Under the pieces are notes generated by a model that was not told the DNA's origin, did not search any database, and was given only the letters and a program-made list of their open reading frames with translations. The position numbers and the translations under genes were made by a program. 46,113 nt of DNA from Candidatus Altimarinota bacterium. GTDB lineage: Bacteria > Patescibacteriota > Gracilibacteria > BD1-5 > UBA2023. Shown piece after piece: positions 21,267 through 32,687 of this stretch (positions within the stretch are counted from its first letter, which is position 1; every line of letters begins with the position of its first letter). Where the stretch lies: the NCBI GenBank assembly GCA_043780775.1, contig JAYWCE010000131.1:1-46113 (forward strand), in the 5' to 3' direction.

Positions 21267-21632
21267 ATGATCTCTAAAGAATATCGTCTCACAGAACACG
21301 AACTCAGAAAGGTTTTATCTCGAAAGAAACCTTTCTTTTCGTATGTCTGGATCGCGAATACGATGGAGAATAAGGCGTCACATGGGAGATGTGGTATCTT
21401 GCTCTCATCCAAGTGTACAAAGGGAAGTGTGAATCGTAATTACTGGAGACGCAAGTTCTATGATATATCTCTATCTAGTCTAGTTAGACTCCCCATGGAT
21501 ATCGTCCTTGTGCCCAAAAAATGAACTGTTCTCGATTATAAAAACCAAGAACATATTATGGAATTCGAGAAGCATATACGCTTTCTCTATCGAAAAATAG
21601 AAGATGGATACGGCCCGAAAACAAAAAAATAG
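21267..21632 (+). CDS. rnpA: Ribonuclease P protein component
   Basis: MISKEYRLTEHELRKVLSRKKPFFS...GILLSSKCTKGSVNRNYWRRKFYD matches the RnpA pattern (G-h-VSKK-G-AV-RN--KR). Lies between rpmH and yidC. TGA at 21522..21524 is read through to TAG at 21630..21632. Overlaps yidC by 29 nt. Confidence 0.75.
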
Positions 21633-22851
21633 TTTCATTTATTCATTTTCGCTCAAACTCATGGACAAACTCCGTATTATCAATCTCTTTGCTATCGCGT
21701 TCCTCATATCACTGGCTGTGCAATATTGGTTCTTCCCAAGGCCAACGACTACAGCTATCCTCCCTGACGTCTATATGTCCGTGGAGTCTGAGAGTATCGT
21801 CGTGCCAAATATCCCTAAAATCACCCTTCATAATACTACAACGGGCGCCATCACTATCAATCCTTGTGATGATGTCAGTATATCGATAGACTCTCGTCCA
21901 CTCGCAGGAATCAGAGAGACGGCAGCAGCATTTTGTACACCAATTGTAGTTGATTCTAGTAAAACAGCTCATCTCTCATTCAATTCACTCTACAAGGTGT
22001 TCTCGACCCAACCAGGTAAATATATCATAACTATGAAGACATCTGGTGGAGATCGTACTGTGGGATTCATCCTCTCGAGTCCTGGATCACTCCGATCCAT
22101 GCTTTCCACAATCGTGTATGAGCCAATCTATAACCTCTTCGTTGCACTCCTCACTTGGATTCCTGGACACTCACTTGGCTGGGCAATCATCATCATCACA
22201 CTCATCATCCGACTTGTCCTCCTCGTCCCACAGCAACATATGCTCGAGAGCCAGAAAAAACTCCAAAAGATCCAACCAAAAATCAAATCAATCCAAAAAG
22301 AATATAAGGCAGATCAGGTAGTGCTCGGACAGAAGATGATGGAACTCTATAAAAAAGAATGAGTCAATCCGATGGGATCATGTCTCCCACTCCTCATCCA
22401 GATGCCGATCCTCATCGGACTCTATTGGGTGATATCTGGAATCACCGATCCGTCGAATTTGTATCATCTCTATCGTGTATTTGTCAACTTCCAGCCGAGT
22501 AGTATCGTGACGAGCTTTCTCGGACTCAATCTCTCTCAGGTGGGTGGTATTACGGCTGTAGTATTCGGTCTCATACTCGGATTCACCCAGTGGATCCAGG
22601 CCTATATGTCGTTCCACTATACAACCAAGGCAAAAGATCCAAAAGAACCAAAAAAAGAAATCGAACCTGGTTCCGTAGAGGCAGTTCTCGATCCAGAATT
22701 AATGCAGAAAATGATGCTCTATATGCTTCCAGTGATGCTCGCGGTATCCGCATATTTTTTCCCACTTGGTGTCGGACTCTATTGGTTCATTGGAACCCTC
22801 TTTGTGATTGCTCAACAGTGGTATGTGAATAACAAAAAGGATATGAAATAA
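21604..22851 (+). CDS. yidC: Membrane protein insertase YidC/Oxa1 family
   Basis: 415 aa. One TGA (22360..22362) joins the two track ORFs inside ...LYKKE[TGA]VNPMGSCLPLLIQMPILIGLYWVI, the signature YidC motif (NP..GCLP.L.Q.PI...LY). Ends in TAA. Confidence 0.9.
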
Positions 22852-22857
22852 TATATA

Positions 22858-23035
22858 GATTTCTGAAAAACTACGAATCTCTCCGCTCTCAAAAATTTAT
22901 TTCTTAGTGTCCCGAAACGAAGTGAATGAAATACCTTTGGGGTACATTTACTTAGGTGTATACTCTTTCGAATACTTAGACGTATACTCTTTCGAAAACA
23001 TTTTCCTGTCTCGATACTCTTATTTTTCAGAAATC
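22858..23035. repeat. 178-bp segment bounded by a 13-bp inverted repeat (within one arm)
   Basis: GATTTCTGAAAAA (22858..22870) and TTTTTCAGAAATC (23023..23035) are exact reverse complements. They flank the tandem repeats. This pair is independent of the whole-window palindrome. Confidence 0.6.
22952..22999 (+). repeat. Two tandem 24-nt repeats in the non-coding tail after yidC
   Basis: TTAGGTGTATACTCTTTCGAATAC / TTAGACGTATACTCTTTCGAAAAC (21/24 identical). Each unit carries the small palindromes GTATAC and TTCGAA. A third partial ATACTCT follows at about 23014. Confidence 0.8.
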
Positions 23036-23040
23036 CCAAT

Positions 23041-23074
23041 AAAAATCTCTTCCAAGTACTTGGAAGAGATTTTT
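23041..23074. terminator. Terminator-like A-tract / stem / T-tract palindrome exactly at the symmetry axis
   Basis: AAAAATCTCTTCCAAGT|ACTTGGAAGAGATTTTT. Only the left half is independent sequence, so whether a native hairpin existed here cannot be told from this window. It lies 190 nt downstream of the yidC stop. Confidence 0.3.
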
Positions 23075-23079
23075 ATTGG

Positions 23080-23257
23080 GATTTCTGAAAAATAAGAGTA
23101 TCGAGACAGGAAAATGTTTTCGAAAGAGTATACGTCTAAGTATTCGAAAGAGTATACACCTAAGTAAATGTACCCCAAAGGTATTTCATTCACTTCGTTT
23201 CGGGACACTAAGAAATAAATTTTTGAGAGCGGAGAGATTCGTAGTTTTTCAGAAATC
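23080..23257. repeat. Mirror copy of the 13-bp-IR-bounded segment
   Basis: Exact reverse complement of 22858..23035. Confidence 0.6.
23116..23163 (-). repeat. Mirror copy of the 24-nt tandem repeats
   Basis: Exact reverse complement of 22952..22999. Confidence 0.8.
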
Positions 23258-23263
23258 TATATA

Positions 23264-24511
23264 TTATTTCATATCCTTTTTGTTATTCACATACCACTGT
23301 TGAGCAATCACAAAGAGGGTTCCAATGAACCAATAGAGTCCGACACCAAGTGGGAAAAAATATGCGGATACCGCGAGCATCACTGGAAGCATATAGAGCA
23401 TCATTTTCTGCATTAATTCTGGATCGAGAACTGCCTCTACGGAACCAGGTTCGATTTCTTTTTTTGGTTCTTTTGGATCTTTTGCCTTGGTTGTATAGTG
23501 GAACGACATATAGGCCTGGATCCACTGGGTGAATCCGAGTATGAGACCGAATACTACAGCCGTAATACCACCCACCTGAGAGAGATTGAGTCCGAGAAAG
23601 CTCGTCACGATACTACTCGGCTGGAAGTTGACAAATACACGATAGAGATGATACAAATTCGACGGATCGGTGATTCCAGATATCACCCAATAGAGTCCGA
23701 TGAGGATCGGCATCTGGATGAGGAGTGGGAGACATGATCCCATCGGATTGACTCATTCTTTTTTATAGAGTTCCATCATCTTCTGTCCGAGCACTACCTG
23801 ATCTGCCTTATATTCTTTTTGGATTGATTTGATTTTTGGTTGGATCTTTTGGAGTTTTTTCTGGCTCTCGAGCATATGTTGCTGTGGGACGAGGAGGACA
23901 AGTCGGATGATGAGTGTGATGATGATGATTGCCCAGCCAAGTGAGTGTCCAGGAATCCAAGTGAGGAGTGCAACGAAGAGGTTATAGATTGGCTCATACA
24001 CGATTGTGGAAAGCATGGATCGGAGTGATCCAGGACTCGAGAGGATGAATCCCACAGTACGATCTCCACCAGATGTCTTCATAGTTATGATATATTTACC
24101 TGGTTGGGTCGAGAACACCTTGTAGAGTGAATTGAATGAGAGATGAGCTGTTTTACTAGAATCAACTACAATTGGTGTACAAAATGCTGCTGCCGTCTCT
24201 CTGATTCCTGCGAGTGGACGAGAGTCTATCGATATACTGACATCATCACAAGGATTGATAGTGATGGCGCCCGTTGTAGTATTATGAAGGGTGATTTTAG
24301 GGATATTTGGCACGACGATACTCTCAGACTCCACGGACATATAGACGTCAGGGAGGATAGCTGTAGTCGTTGGCCTTGGGAAGAACCAATATTGCACAGC
24401 CAGTGATATGAGGAACGCGATAGCAAAGAGATTGATAATACGGAGTTTGTCCATGAGTTTGAGCGAAAATGAATAAATGAAACTATTTTTTTGTTTTCGG
24501 GCCGTATCCAT
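23264..24511 (-). CDS. yidC: YidC/Oxa1 membrane insertase (mirror copy)
   Basis: Exact reverse complement of 21604..22851. Confidence 0.9.
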
Positions 24512-24848
24512 CTTCTATTTTTCGATAGAGAAAGCGTATATGCTTCTCGAATTCCATAATATGTTCTTGGTTTTTATAATCGAGAACAGTTCATTTTTTG
24601 GGCACAAGGACGATATCCATGGGGAGTCTAACTAGACTAGATAGAGATATATCATAGAACTTGCGTCTCCAGTAATTACGATTCACACTTCCCTTTGTAC
24701 ACTTGGATGAGAGCAAGATACCACATCTCCCATGTGACGCCTTATTCTCCATCGTATTCGCGATCCAGACATACGAAAAGAAAGGTTTCTTTCGAGATAA
24801 AACCTTTCTGAGTTCGTGTTCTGTGAGACGATATTCTTTAGAGATCAT
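24483..24848 (-). CDS. rnpA: Ribonuclease P protein component (mirror copy)
   Basis: Exact reverse complement of 21267..21632. Confidence 0.75.
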
Positions 24849-24938
24849 ACTTTGGAATAGCAAATACTGTATCTTACTCTGTAATCCGAATAATCGGATC
24901 CAGTTATACTATAACCAGAGAAACAAAATCACTCAAAA

Positions 24939-25196
24939 TTATTTCGCTGTTTTATTGGAACCACGAAATCGCTCTGTGAGTCCAGGAACAGTCACAATAC
25001 GAGCAGTACCACCAGCAACATTATGATGCTTGCTCTTTCCCCTGATATTTTTGTATCGATTGAGGTAGCTAACAGTGAGCACATGACGACCTTTGCGGCG
25101 ACGTGCACGGAGGACCTTTTGTCCGTCTACTGTATTTTTACGAGCGAGGAATCCGTGTACACGGAGTCGTTTTCTTTTTTTGAGTTTTCCTATCAT
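24939..25196 (-). CDS. rpmH: Ribosomal protein L34 with C-terminal extension (mirror copy)
   Basis: Exact reverse complement of 20919..21176. Confidence 0.85.
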   Translation of the reverse strand: MIGKLKKRKRLRVHGFLARKNTVDGQKVLRARRRKGRHVLTVSYLNRYKNIRGKSKHHNVAGGTARIVTVPGLTERFRGSNKTAK

Positions 25197-25228
25197 ATGA
25201 GATTATTTTTTATGAAAAAAGCTTCGGG

Positions 25229-25256
25229 ATTGTATAGAAAAGTGTGATCTTGTCAA
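25229..25256 (-). promoter_or_regulatory. Mirror copy of the rpmH promoter candidate
   Basis: Exact reverse complement of 20859..20886. Confidence 0.45.
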
Positions 25257-25270
25257 CCAATTTGTGTAAT

Positions 25271-26473
25271 TTATTCAAAGTCCGAGAGCGAAATACTCGT
25301 TGCTATCGATATTGTTGGGTCTTCATTGCGAAGAGTACGTCTTTTTCACCAAGAAAAACCCATCTCTAGGTTCATCCGAACATACGGGTGAATGAATGGA
25401 CTGATACAGGTAGCTCCGCTGCAATCTTGAGCAGCCCAAGAGAGCCATGGATCCTTGATCGGATAAATCTGGAAGGAGAGATTTTTAACATTGATCGTAC
25501 TCGGAAAGAGATCGAGCCACTCATCGCCAGATCCAGTTGCGATCTCATCAGTAGTTCATACAGATGGTCATTTGCACTGAGCATCTTCTATACAGACCCA
25601 GGTATCAATGATTCCATCATAGGCAGTAATATCGTTTGTACCTCCCGAATGGGAATAACCGATATCGAGTCACTTGAGCTTGAGTACCTGGATATTGCCG
25701 ACACACCCACTTCCTGTAATTGTCTTACCACTTGCAGATGTAGTGATAGCACAAGGGACGCTTGTATTATTCGGATCTTGCTGGATATTCCAACGCAGAT
25801 AGGTTCGTTTTTTGGCTGTCTTGTCTATGAGATAGAGCTCTTGCATAAAACCCGTGAGAATACCCGGAACATCTCCGATAGCTCGATCATCATCATCTCC
25901 GATGATAGATCCACTCGCATCGCTATCCTCGTTTCAGAGATCATCATCCGCATTCCCATTGTAGTCGGTGAACTGAGTGAGATACTCTCCATATCGTTGA
26001 TATGATCAACTAAAATTGGGTGGCAACACTACTCCAGAGAGATACCCATTGCCTCCATTGTTATTATCTCTGAGGCATCATCCTGTTCCCATGCTTGCCG
26101 CACTATTCGACCTACAGAGATATATTCCGGTACCGTATGTTGTAGTAGCAAGAATACCATTCTTCCCATAGTTTCCTATCCCTGTAGGATCCCGATAGTG
26201 TCAACTCCCGGTTATAGTTCATACCGCCTGACGATTCCAGTATTCCTCATAATCAAGGGTTCCACCATCTTTAATACTCGTGAAAATCTTTTCAGAGAAA
26301 AAATAAAGCTCCTCAAGGAGTGCAACTCGATTCAAAGTCTTAATACGAGCAATCGACAAATTCTCGACAGCGAGAATCACGCTTGTGATAATCATCGCAA
26401 AGAGTGTCATAGAAATCATCAGCTCAAGGATTGTGAATCCACGATTATTCTGGGTCTTTTGTTTTGCGAGCAT
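25271..26473 (-). CDS. Prepilin-type N-terminal methylation domain protein (mirror copy)
   Basis: Exact reverse complement of 19642..20844. Confidence 0.75.
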
Positions 26474-26565
26474 AGAGCTGAGAAATGAGAAGTAGTGGAA
26501 CAAATAAGGCTCGTCCAAGCTTTATGGCATTTGGCTTCTGAACGAATGAAGCAGGGCCAATAGAG

Positions 26566-26574
26566 ATTATATCA
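26566..26574 (-). promoter_or_regulatory. Mirror copy of the extended -10 candidate
   Basis: Exact reverse complement of 19541..19549. Confidence 0.3.
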
Positions 26575-26865
26575 TGTGTAATGGAGTATTGTTCTGATAT
26601 TATCGGGATTTTTTTACCGAAAAAAATGGACATAAGTCCACTAGAAGACCTATGAATATATCAAAAAAAAACTAAACCAATATGTATCCATATGTTTTGT
26701 AACATATCTCTTGAAAAAAAAGAAAATATATATATCCTAACGCCTATGTCTGATTATATTACAAATTCCAAAAATCGAAAATTAAAAACAAAAATTCTTT
26801 TGTTTTTATCACGTATCAATATTTGAGCTGGAAAACTTCCCCTTTCAGGACGTGCAATCATCTTA

Positions 26866-27378
26866 ATGGAGTGTATACTTTTTGCATCCATTTTCTTTCC
26901 ATGGTTCCGTTTAGCGTATCTTGATGGGGCCATTGAACAATACTACGCATTTTCATCATATTCACTCTATATTGGATATCTCATAGTCACTGCTATGGTC
27001 ATAATTCCTTTTTGTCTGCTTTCTCATACTAAAAAAGAATATATAAGGACGCTTGTGCCGTTTAGGCTCTCCGATACTCAAGCCATTGTTTTTATTACGA
27101 GCATACTTCTCTCGACGCTTATTAATCTGATCATTATCAATACTATATATAATACACAAATAGCTGCCCACTGAGCGACACTAGGAATAGGCTACAAGAT
27201 AGCCTTCTCATCCGTGATTTGTATTCTTATTTCTGCCCATTTTTTTTCTCAGTCAAACAAGGCTACCAATACAGATATATATTATATAGACCATCAAACT
27301 CATGATGAACTCCTCGAATATCGTTGAATACTTACTGATGATGAAAAAAATAAAAAGAATATGAGCCTCCCAATTTAA
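26866..27378 (+). CDS. Hypothetical polytopic membrane protein (mirror copy)
   Basis: Exact reverse complement of 18737..19249. Confidence 0.45.
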
Positions 27379-27463
27379 ACTTGACTTTGTGTGAAAAACT
27401 ATATTATTAGTCAAGTAATAGCTCTCGGTGGAATCGAAAAAGTATCCAATTAATTCACTCAAT

Positions 27464-28504
27464 ATGTCTACAGTAGCAACCGAGATCCAGAATACTTTCG
27501 AGACGATTCTCTCCTCTCTCGCTGAGAAAGAACGCTCTGTGATAATCCGTCGTATCGGGCTCAAGTGAGAACGAGAGACACTCCAAGAGATCGGTGATAC
27601 CTATGGTATCACCCGTGAACGAGTTCGTCAAATCGAGGATGTCGGTATCAAAAAAATCGGTCGCATCATGCGAACGAGCCCCCTCATGAAGATCCAAGAA
27701 TCTGGAGAAAAGATTCTCCAGATTCATGGCGGTATCATGACTCGAGAGCGGCTCATATCTGCCATAATCGCTGATATCGGCATTGAGTGATCACTCAACT
27801 ATAATATCATCGATGTACTTCTCCAGGCTGACTACAACCTCCAGAGATCCAAGCCCCAGCTTGGAACGAATACCTATTTTCACTTCGCAGAAGTGACCAA
27901 GAAAATGGTAGAAGCAGTACACAAAGAGGCTCTCAAGATTCTCAAAAAGAAGGGAGATATAATGGAAGCAGTAGTGCTCTACGATACCATCCACCTCGCT
28001 CTCTTTGCCCAGTTCGGCAATCTCTCGAATATCATCCTCGATTCAATCATGGATATATTCCTCGATATCGTGAAAGGAGAGGAGAAATATATCGGTCTCG
28101 AAAAATGGAAAATTCTCAATCCAGCAACCCTGAAAGATAAGGCTATCTATGTCCTCAAAAAGAAAAAAGAGCCTCTGCACTTTCTCGATATTGCGGAAGC
28201 TATAACAGAAAGATTCAATGAACCAGTAAAAACATCTACAATTCATAATGAACTCATTCGTAATAATGAATTTGTACTTATCGGTCGTGGTATCTATGTA
28301 CTCAAAGAGTGGGGATATAAGGATGGGACTGTGCTCGATGTTATCCTCGAGATCTTCAAAAAGGCAGGTGCTGCCCTCTCAACAGAAGAGATCACCGATC
28401 GTGTGCTCAAGGTTCGTCAAGTTAAGATCACTACGATCTATATGAATCTCCAGAACAAGAAATATGTGGAACGAGTTGGACGCAATCTCTACCAATCAAA
28501 ATAG
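27464..28504 (+). CDS. Sigma-70 r4-like HTH / HARE-HTH protein (mirror copy)
   Basis: Exact reverse complement of 17611..18651. Confidence 0.6.
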
Positions 28505-28520
28505 GAATCATACTATCCGT

Positions 28521-28552
28521 AAAATCACTTGATCTAATAGTCAAGTGATTTT
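28521..28552 (+). terminator. Mirror copy of terminator 17563..17594
   Basis: Exact reverse complement. Confidence 0.7.
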
Positions 28553-28605
28553 TATTGTATAAAGTGAATAAATATGGCAGGATAAGACTATATATCTACA
28601 TATTA

Positions 28606-28613
28606 CCCCCCCC
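28606..28613 (+). repeat. Mirror copy of the C8 homopolymer, immediately 5' of ATG 28614
   Basis: Exact reverse complement of 17502..17509. Confidence 0.9.
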
Positions 28614-31600
28614 ATGCCAAATATCTATCATATCCTAACAACTGAGATCCTACTCACAGCATTTGTCTCTACTATCCTCGTTCCATCACAGATCATCTTC
28701 GCAGAGGATATTCCCCACATCGATGTGCCAGTAGTGATCACAGAGATTCTACCAGTAGCTATCACGGACTCTGGTACTACGAGCCATCTTCCCTCGAAAG
28801 ACGGCTCCATGAGAAGTGAAGATGTAACGACAGACACAGGATCAATCACAAGCTCTGGTTATAGTGCCACTAGTAGTGGCACTACGATACTAGAGAATAT
28901 CATCTCTTCAATAACTCCTCCCATAGATACAGAGAGCATCACTACTACTGGATCGATCAATGATCGAGAGAGTGAACTGGACCTCTCGGATCCATCTCTG
29001 AAGATGTCCTCACACCCGACAGATACCCATCCTGAGGCACAGATCCTCGTACAGTTCAAGACAGATATTGATGGATATATTGGACAATATCAGGTCGATC
29101 AGGTTGAAAATACACATGATCTCAAGACGACTGAGACGATCAGTGAGCAAAATATCGCCGTTATGGAGATCGACAATCCTGCTACCATCGATATGGTCTC
29201 ATCAATGAGTATTGCAGATTCTTTTGTTCATACTGGTTCCGTAGATCCAGTACTCGAGCAAGCTATCGATGACAAGATCGAAGAACTCAAAACAGATCCT
29301 CGAGTTGAACATGTACAACGAAACTTTGTCTATCAGACACAAGCAACTGTCAATTCTGGATTTCCTCAACTCTGGGCTCTGGATAATCAAGGACAATCTG
29401 TCAATGGTATCACTGGTACTCCTGATGCCGATATCGACTATCCTGAGGCGATCACCTATGCGGGGAACAAGATCGGATCTGGAGTGATCGTAGCGGTACT
29501 CGATACGGGTGTCGCATATCGTCATCCTGATCTCGCACCACATATGTGGGATGGTGCCAACTGTCTCTCAGATACTGGGGCAACCCTCGGAGGATGTATC
29601 CATGGGTATGACTTCACAAACAATGATCTCGATCCAATGGATGATATGAGACATGGGACACATGTTGCTGGTACTATCGGAGGAGTGAGCAATAGTGATG
29701 GTGTAACAGGTGTTGCACTCAATGTACAGATCATGGCAGTAAAGGTACTCAGTCCATATGGAGGTACAACCTCCGATATCATCCGTGGTATCAATTTTGC
29801 TGCCAAAAATGGAGCCAGAGTTATCAATGCAAGTCTCGGTATCATGAGATCGACACATACAAAGTCAGATTTTGACTATCTCATGTATGGGGCTATACAA
29901 GATTTTCCTGGACTTTTCGTGGCAGCAGCAGGTAATAGCGGTATGAATAGTGATGGTACATATAAATCATTCCCTGCAGGATTCGGAAGTGATACGGTCG
30001 TATCATGAGAAACTATTATCGATAGAGAGCGAGCTGTACTCTCATGAGAAGACATCATCCCTGCTCTGCAGAATGTCATCTCTGTAGGAGCTACTGATCA
30101 AAATGATAACCTCGCATCATTCTCTAACTATGGGACAAAATCAGTCCAGATCGCAGCACCAGGAGTCAATATCTATAGTAGTGTCCCTATTAGGAGTATT
30201 GTAGGTGCCCCAGAACTCATCAGTTATGCCAATGGATGGACGAGGAAAGCTTGATCCAGTCCAAATACCTGGACCACACGACCCCATGCTGTCGTATCAG
30301 GTGAAGTGATGGATATATCTTCTGTGCTCTGGGCGGATGTGCGTACGCCGTATGTATCATGAGAGTCATCATATATCGAGAAAACTATCGCCAACCCCAA
30401 TCGAGATGTCGCTAAGGTACTCATCACAACTTGGTGTGATACACCCTCTACAGATGATCAGATTGATATACTCCTCAGTAACAACGGAGGTCTCTATAGT
30501 CGAGTGGATTGGATCAATGAATGATTCAACTACTATGAGCCATCGGGTCGATGGCTCAATATCGATGGACACACTGGAGCTATCGCACAATATCGTGTCA
30601 CCGCCAACACAGATCTCTATAATGCTACAGGATCATTTGATATCAGACTCAAATGGGTCACAGATAGTGTAGATACTACAGAAAGTGGAATACCAAACTA
30701 TGGATGTTTTGTAAAAGATATCCAGATAGATCGGTCTATTTCAGGTGGCTATGATAGCTATGATGGCACCTCCATGGCTTCACCACATGTCGCTGGTGCT
30801 GCGGCTCTCGCATGGAGCTATTCACCGACAGCGAGTGTGCAGGATATCAAGAATGCGATCCTCTATGGAGCTGACGATAAGCCTCAACTTATAAGCCAGA
30901 TATATGGAGGTAAACGACTCAATATCATAGGAATACTCAAAGCCCTCGAACATCCTACTATATCTCTCGATAAACTCACTCTTTCAGGTGAATCTGGAGT
31001 CAAGATCAAGGTCAAAACAAATCCTGCCAATATGGATGCCTCACAATATCTCTCGATCTCAAAGAATGCTGATTTCCAATGAGCATCAGGATACCTCTGA
31101 GCGGCACAGACGCTCGCAGCCAATGGAATCATCTCTGTACAAGCGACGGAGAACTGATACCTCCTCGAAAACACTATCACTCGGGCAGAACTTGCCATGA
31201 TCGCAGCAAAAATATGATGATATACTCCCACATGATGTCAATGAAATATATTTGCTGACGTAAGATCCAATCTTTGAGATAATTGTGGCTATATCGAGGC
31301 TCTCGCTGAAGCTGGTATAATAACGACAACAACAAGTACATTCCGTCCCAGTAGTGTTGCAACTCATGGTGAGATCTATGCTATACTCCTCAGTAGCATA
31401 GGAGAAATAGCAAGCACAGATACTGGCAGTAATAGCAATATTATCACTGAAACTGGGGTATTGGCCCAGTATGCTCGGAGAGCTATTGAACTAGGGTGTA
31501 GTATAAGTACCCCACTTGACCAATACACCTCAAGATGACATATGTATTGATTTGCTATGTGTATGGGATGACTGGGGGATATATCTCAGACTCAATGATA

Positions 31601-32687
31601 CTATCTCCAACAAGATGGAATTGGTGCTAATCAATTTGAGTTCACTCATCTTACACCAGATACGACATACTATTTCAGGATGCAATCTCATGGACGACTC
31701 TTTTCGTCTCCAGAGTCTCCTACCTACTCCTTCCGTATTCCTCGTCTCATCCCACAGACGGGGACGGGCAATGTATCATCATCTGGATCAGTCTATCTCT
31801 CTGGGAGTACTATGAGCGGTGTGACCTATGGTACTGGAGTTCAGACGATCATCCTCACAGAGAGCGGTGCGAGTCGAGCTACAGCTACGATACCTCTCTG
31901 ATGACTCACGATCACGAGCTCTGGTGCATGGGATGGGATCATCCAGTCACCGATCTTCATTTCATCAGCAACAGGGATCACACTAGGAGCAACGAGTACA
32001 AGAGTCCAATCGATCTATATGATCGGTAATGAGACTACTTCTCTCATACTCTCTGGAGGACTCGCTACGATCTCGATACGGGTCAGTGGGACGAATGGAT
32101 CTACACTTCCTGTCTATCGATCACCTGATTCATCGACTCCATTTACTCAGATTGCTATCTGTATCGTAACAGGCGAAACCTGTACATTCACGACAGATCA
32201 CTTCTCACTTTTTGCTGTAGGGGCACCGCTAGTGCCAATTGTCATACCTCCTACATCATGAGGGTCATCGAGTGGACCAGGTGGTGGCTGAGGAGGAAAT
32301 AGTAGTGTATCCTTTCTTAGTCCCGTCACAGCTAGCTTGACTCTAGGGGTACCAGCAAAAACCTGAGTAACCATACAACAGCTACAGGTACCGGTACTCA
32401 TTCCAGCTCGACTTACTACATCATCGATTACCAAGTTTTTAAAAAATATAGATCTGAGTCTCTCTTCTGAGTCAATTTTTGATCAGCAGATTCTCCCACT
32501 CATCATGCAAATCCGATCTGACAAAAATAGTATCGAAACAAGGAAAATAGAGTATGCTGTTATCTTGCGTTCGATGGAACAACAAAAGAGGCAAGTAAGA
32601 TGAAACACAGGGAAATATCACACATACATATCACTCGAGCAGGCTACCCTACGCAACTATATCGACTTTTTGCGAGGTCAACGGTAA
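28614..32687 (+). CDS. S8 subtilisin-like surface protease with SLH-like and FN3-like modules (mirror copy)
   Basis: Exact reverse complement of 13428..17501. This is the copy on which the full reading frame was traced (23 TGA, TAA at 32685..32687). Confidence 0.8.

Larger units (their letters stand above)
2..23057. repeat. Left arm of a window-spanning perfect palindrome (partner 23058..46113, zero-length spacer)
   Basis: Every ORF in the six-frame track has a partner with an identical protein on the opposite strand, and their coordinates sum to 46115 (e.g. 61..360- / 45755..46054+; 22812..23039- / 23076..23303+). Checked base by base at the ends (2..30 vs 46085..46113) and at the centre (tccaagt|acttgga). 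Confidence 0.97.

Noticed and set aside
22952-22999. CRISPR-like array
   Set aside because: There are only two directly adjacent 24-nt units with no spacers, and no cas genes in the window.
2-23057. Interpreting the many short TGA-interrupted ORFs as pseudogenes or a decaying genome
   Set aside because: The interruptions are exclusively TGA, never TAA/TAG. They fall on conserved Gly positions in P-loops and in the GxGxxG motif, and every fused frame ends in TAA/TAG. Codon reassignment explains this better than decay.
20845-23057. Chromosomal replication origin next to rpmH-rnpA-yidC
   Set aside because: No dnaA or dnaN gene is present, and no cluster of TTATCCACA-like boxes was seen by eye in the flanking non-coding regions. 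The gene trio alone is not evidence for oriC.
22812-23303. ORFs crossing or abutting the symmetry axis (22907..23095+, 23020..23208-, 22812..23039-, 23076..23303+)
   Set aside because: They either read through the artificial junction or overlap the yidC 3' end. Their repetitive KSIRLSIRKSI-type translation merely reflects the 24-nt tandem repeat. There is no independent support for coding.
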